This document shows, one piece after another, positions 44,595 to 47,784 of a stretch of 47,784 bases of DNA (its first letter is position 1; every line of letters begins with the position of its first letter). This DNA is from Neomoorella mulderi (GTDB lineage Bacteria; Bacillota; DSM-521; Neomoorellales; Neomoorellaceae): contig DRZV01000093.1 of assembly GCA_011375465.1 (NCBI GenBank), positions 1 to 47,784 of the forward strand, read 5' to 3'. The notes under the pieces were generated by a model, which was not told where the DNA came from, did not search any database, and saw nothing but the letters and a program-made list of their open reading frames with translations. Position numbers and translations under genes: made by a program.

Positions 44595-46103
44595 TTGCAG
44601 GTGGCAGATCTCATACCTGTTGTGGAGGCCGAGGATTGGGGGGGGCCTCTCACCCTTCCCCTAGTGGGGCTCCATTACCATTCCAAGGAGATAAAACCTG
44701 GCCATCTCTTCGTGGCCATCAAGGGTTTTGTAACTGACGGTCACCTGTATGTGCCTGAAGCCATAGAGAAGGGCGCCAAAGCGGTGATCCTGGAGAGGGA
44801 GGTGCCCCTGCCCCCCCAGGTAGCCTGGATAAAAGTCAAGGACAGCCGCCAAGCCCTGGGTCGGGCTTCGGCTTTTTTCTACAATTTTCCTTCCCACAGG
44901 TTGAGGCTCTTCGGCATTACCGGTACCAACGGTAAAACCACCGTGGCCCATCTTTTAGAGGCCATCCTGAAGGCAGGGGGCCGAGCCCCGGCCTTGCTGG
45001 GCACCATTGTCAACAGGTGGGGGGAAAAAATTCAGCCCAGCAAGCACACCACCGTGGAATCCCTAGATCTGCAGCGCATATTTAAAGAATTGGACGAAGC
45101 CCAAATCACCCAGGTGGTCATGGAGGTTTCTTCCCACGCCTTAACCCTTAAACGCTTGGAAGGCACCGAAATGGACGTGGGTGTATTTACCAATTTGTCT
45201 CCCGAGCATTTGGACTTCCACCGGGATATGGAGGACTATTTCCAGAGCAAGCTCCTCCTTTTTAAAAATCTCACGCATGGAGTTAAAAAGGATCCCAAAT
45301 ACGGGGTCGTCAACAGGGATGACCCATGGGGCCTGCGCCTGTTGGGCTGTTTAAAGGAGATGGGGGTTCCCTTTGTTACCTATGGCCTTTCCCCCCAGGC
45401 GGAGGTAAGGGCGGAGAGGATCTTTTTGGGACCCCAGGGTACCGGCTTTGAACTCATCTGGCCCCAGGGCAGGGCCTGGGTGGAGCTGAAGCTTATAGGG
45501 GAATTCAATATTTATAACGCCCTGGCCGCCTTCGCTTTAGCCTGGCAGGAGGGCATAGAACCCCACGTGGCCCTTCAGGCCCTTTCTTCCTTCCCGGGGG
45601 TACCGGGCCGGATGGAAAGGATTTGCCAGGGGCAACCCTTCAGCGTGATAGTGGACTATGCCCACACTCCCGACGGACTGGAAAAGGTTTTAAAAAACGT
45701 CCGGCACTTCACCTCCAACAGGGTTATAACAGTATTCGGCTGCGGGGGCGATAGGGACGCCAGCAAGAGGCCCCTGATGGGCAGGGCTGCCGTCCAGTGG
45801 AGCCATCTGGTGGTGATCACCTCTGACAATCCCCGGGATGAAGATCCCCTGAAAATAATCGAAGATATTTTGCCCGGAGTGAAAGGGGTACCTGGATCGG
45901 CCTATAAAGTCATCCCCCACCGCCGGGAGGCCATCGCCTTTGCCCTGAGGGAGGCCCAGCCGGGGGATACGGTGCTGATAGCGGGGAAGGGGCATGAAAA
46001 CTACCAAATAGTCAAGGGCAAATACCTCCCCTTCGACGATAGGGCGGTGGCCAGGGAAGAACTCCGGTCCCTAGGATACGGGGGTGAAGCCCCATGTTCG
46101 TAG
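44595..46103 (+). CDS. murE: UDP-MurNAc-L-Ala-D-Glu:meso-DAP ligase
   Basis: GITGTNGKTT, HALTL.R, DYAHTPD, GCGGDRD..KRP, and the DNPR motif (ITSDNPRDEDP), which indicates DAP specificity. TTG start after RBS gggaggggg. Confidence 0.92.
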   Translation: MQVADLIPVVEAEDWGGPLTLPLVGLHYHSKEIKPGHLFVAIKGFVTDGHLYVPEAIEKGAKAVILEREVPLPPQVAWIKVKDSRQALGRASAFFYNFPSHRLRLFGITGTNGKTTVAHLLEAILKAGGRAPALLGTIVNRWGEKIQPSKHTTVESLDLQRIFKELDEAQITQVVMEVSSHALTLKRLEGTEMDVGVFTNLSPEHLDFHRDMEDYFQSKLLLFKNLTHGVKKDPKYGVVNRDDPWGLRLLGCLKEMGVPFVTYGLSPQAEVRAERIFLGPQGTGFELIWPQGRAWVELKLIGEFNIYNALAAFALAWQEGIEPHVALQALSSFPGVPGRMERICQGQPFSVIVDYAHTPDGLEKVLKNVRHFTSNRVITVFGCGGDRDASKRPLMGRAAVQWSHLVVITSDNPRDEDPLKIIEDILPGVKGVPGSAYKVIPHRREAIAFALREAQPGDTVLIAGKGHENYQIVKGKYLPFDDRAVAREELRSLGYGGEAPCS

Positions 46104-47494
46104 CTCCTGCGGGAGAGATATGCCGTATAACCGGAGGCAGGCTGCTGGCAGGGGATCCCCAAAGGGTGGCAAGGGGCATAAGCACCGACACCCGAACCCT
46201 GGAGAGGGACATGGCCTTCATAGCCCTCCGGGGGAGCCGGTGGGACGGCCACAATTTCATACCCGTGGCCGTGGATAAGGGTGCGGCCGTTGTTCTGGCG
46301 GAGGATTTTAAACCCGAGATCAGGGACAGGGGGAAAGACACGGCCCTCATCCAGGTGGAGGATACCCTTAGGGCCTTGGGCCAGCTGGCTGCCCATCACC
46401 GGCGGGAAAATTTTCAGGGAGTGATGGTGGCGGTGACCGGGTCCAGCGGCAAGACCACCACCAAAAACCTGGTGGCTGCTGTGCTTTCCCTCCGGTACAG
46501 CACATTGAAGAGCCCCTCCAGTTTCAACAACGAGATCGGCCTTCCCCTGACCCTCCTCTCCCTGGAGCCCCATCACCAGGCCGCGGTGGTGGAGATGGCC
46601 ATGAGGGGGCTGGGGGAAATCGCCTATCTCTGTTCTCTGGCCCGGCCCCAGGTTGGCGTTATCACCAATATAGGTACTGCCCATCTGGGCCGCTTGGGCT
46701 CTTTGGAAAACATAGCCAAGGCCAAAGGGGAATTGATCCATAGCCTTCCCCCTGAGGGCTGGGCCATACTCAATAGGGACGATCTCCGTTGCCGCCAGCT
46801 GGCCCTGGAAGCCCCTTGCCCGGCAATACTCTTCGGCCAAAACCCTGAATGCCAGGTGAGGGTTGAGGGCATAAAAAACAAGGGGCTGGCAGGGGTGGAG
46901 GCCACGGTCAGCTTTTCGGGGGAAAGGATAGGGGTCTTGCTTCCGGTTCCGGGGCTGCACAATGTATATAACGCCCTGGCTGCCCTGGCCGTGGGTTGGG
47001 TCTTGGGAATCCCCCCTAAAGCCATGGCCGATGCCTTCAACCCCTGGCCCCAGGAGGCCCTCCGTCAAGAATTCCGCCCTGGGCCCCGGGGTTGCCTTGT
47101 TTTCAATGACTCCTACAACGCCAACCCCGATTCCATGCGGGCTGCCCTGGATACCCTGGCCTCCCTGCCCGGCCAGAGGAAGATGGCGGTGCTGGGCCAG
47201 ATGGCGGAATTGGGGGAAGCTGCCCCCCGCTACCACCGGGACATAGGCTTTTATGCCGCCAGGAGAGGTCTTCACCGACTTATCCTGTTGGGTCCTTATG
47301 GGGAGGATACGGCAGCCGGGGCCCTGCAGGGGGGTATGGATCCTGAGGAGGTAAAGGTATGCCGTTACAGAGAGGAGGCACTGCAATACCTGAAAGACGT
47401 GAAACAAGGCGATGTGGTTCTCTTCAAAGGTTCCCGCCAGGCGGAAGTGGACAGAGTCCTGGCCCTCTGGGAGGCTGAAAGGGATGATCTGTAA
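46094..47494 (+). CDS. murF: UDP-MurNAc-tripeptide:D-Ala-D-Ala ligase
   Basis: VTGSSGKTTTK, EMAMRG.GEI, ITNIG.AHL, NDSYNANP and MAELG motifs. It overlaps the murE end. Confidence 0.9.
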   Translation: MFVAPAGEICRITGGRLLAGDPQRVARGISTDTRTLERDMAFIALRGSRWDGHNFIPVAVDKGAAVVLAEDFKPEIRDRGKDTALIQVEDTLRALGQLAAHHRRENFQGVMVAVTGSSGKTTTKNLVAAVLSLRYSTLKSPSSFNNEIGLPLTLLSLEPHHQAAVVEMAMRGLGEIAYLCSLARPQVGVITNIGTAHLGRLGSLENIAKAKGELIHSLPPEGWAILNRDDLRCRQLALEAPCPAILFGQNPECQVRVEGIKNKGLAGVEATVSFSGERIGVLLPVPGLHNVYNALAALAVGWVLGIPPKAMADAFNPWPQEALRQEFRPGPRGCLVFNDSYNANPDSMRAALDTLASLPGQRKMAVLGQMAELGEAAPRYHRDIGFYAARRGLHRLILLGPYGEDTAAGALQGGMDPEEVKVCRYREEALQYLKDVKQGDVVLFKGSRQAEVDRVLALWEAERDDL

Positions 47495-47784
47495 AGGCTT
47501 TCTTCTCTCCTTCATGCTCACCTTGATCCTGGGCCTTCCCTGGATCTGGATATTGAGGAGACTGAAGATGGGGCAGATGGTGCGCTCCGATGGCCCCCAG
47601 ACCCATTGGGGTAAGAAGGGAACCCCCACCATGGGCGGGCTGATATTCCTGTCAGCCATAAGCCTGGCACTCCTATTGGATCCCACTCCCCTGAACGTTT
47701 TTGCTCTGCTCCTGACCTGGGGATATGCCCTCATAGGGCTGGCGGACGATGCTTTAAAGGTGGTCTTTCGAAGGCCTTTGGGCC
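47484..47784 (+). CDS. mraY: Phospho-MurNAc-pentapeptide translocase, 3' end outside window
   Basis: It is not in the ORF track because there is no stop in the window. From ATG 47484: MICKGFLLSFMLTLILGLPWIWILRRLKMGQMVRSDGPQTHWGKKGTPTMGGLIFL...GLADDALKV, with the MraY hallmarks GTPTMGG and DD. It overlaps the murF stop. Confidence 0.85.
   Translation, partial: MICKGFLLSFMLTLILGLPWIWILRRLKMGQMVRSDGPQTHWGKKGTPTMGGLIFLSAISLALLLDPTPLNVFALLLTWGYALIGLADDALKVVFRRPLG

Noticed and set aside
46001-47734. 577-aa ORF on the minus strand, one of the longest ORFs in the window
   Set aside because: It is entirely antisense to murF, with its 3' end antisense to the end of murE and its 5' end antisense to the start of mraY, and those plus-strand genes have unambiguous family motifs. 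Its product is Pro/Gly/Arg-rich and low in complexity, with no recognisable domain. Long antisense ORFs are expected in GC-rich DNA.
1-47784. Search for CRISPR arrays, IS elements or transposases, integrases, phage genes, toxin-antitoxin pairs or known defence systems
   Set aside because: I saw no repeat-spacer periodicity, terminal inverted repeats, recombinase-like ORFs or defence-gene motifs on either strand. The window is core chromosome with decayed accessory genes.

Overview
This is a GC-rich chromosomal segment that reads like a thermophilic, spore-forming anaerobic Firmicute of the Clostridia type. In order it carries: a dnaG-sigA operon; tRNA-Asn and tRNA-Met; Nif3 and zinc-ribbon genes followed by a type-A RNase P RNA; a gdh-mtnA-aldolase-mtnP-ahcY operon; htpX, dedA, yigZ, cinA and htrA; a seven-gene hdrCBA-mvhD-flxCBA-like cluster; a riboswitch-led cation-export operon; a Fur-family regulator; a ROK glucokinase; and the start of the dcw cluster (mraZ-rsmH-ftsL-PBP-murE-murF-mraY'). 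Three things are not visible in the ORF track. (i) hdrA and mvhD each contain an in-frame UGA at a conserved Cys position followed by a hairpin, which is probably selenocysteine. (ii) Eleven genes carry 14 inactivating lesions: frameshifts, a 5' truncation, an internal deletion and two in-frame TAG codons. They include a compact relic of a chemotaxis/flagellar-switch operon (cheR'-cheC'-cheY'-fliM'-fliY') in which every gene is damaged, while all long essential genes are intact. (iii) There is a yybP-ykoY-like Mn riboswitch with an overlapping terminator, phased MraZ-box repeats, rnpB, and two short membrane ORFs below the ORF-track cutoff. I saw no CRISPR array, IS element, prophage or recognisable defence system. 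All family assignments come from motif recognition by eye, not from database searches.
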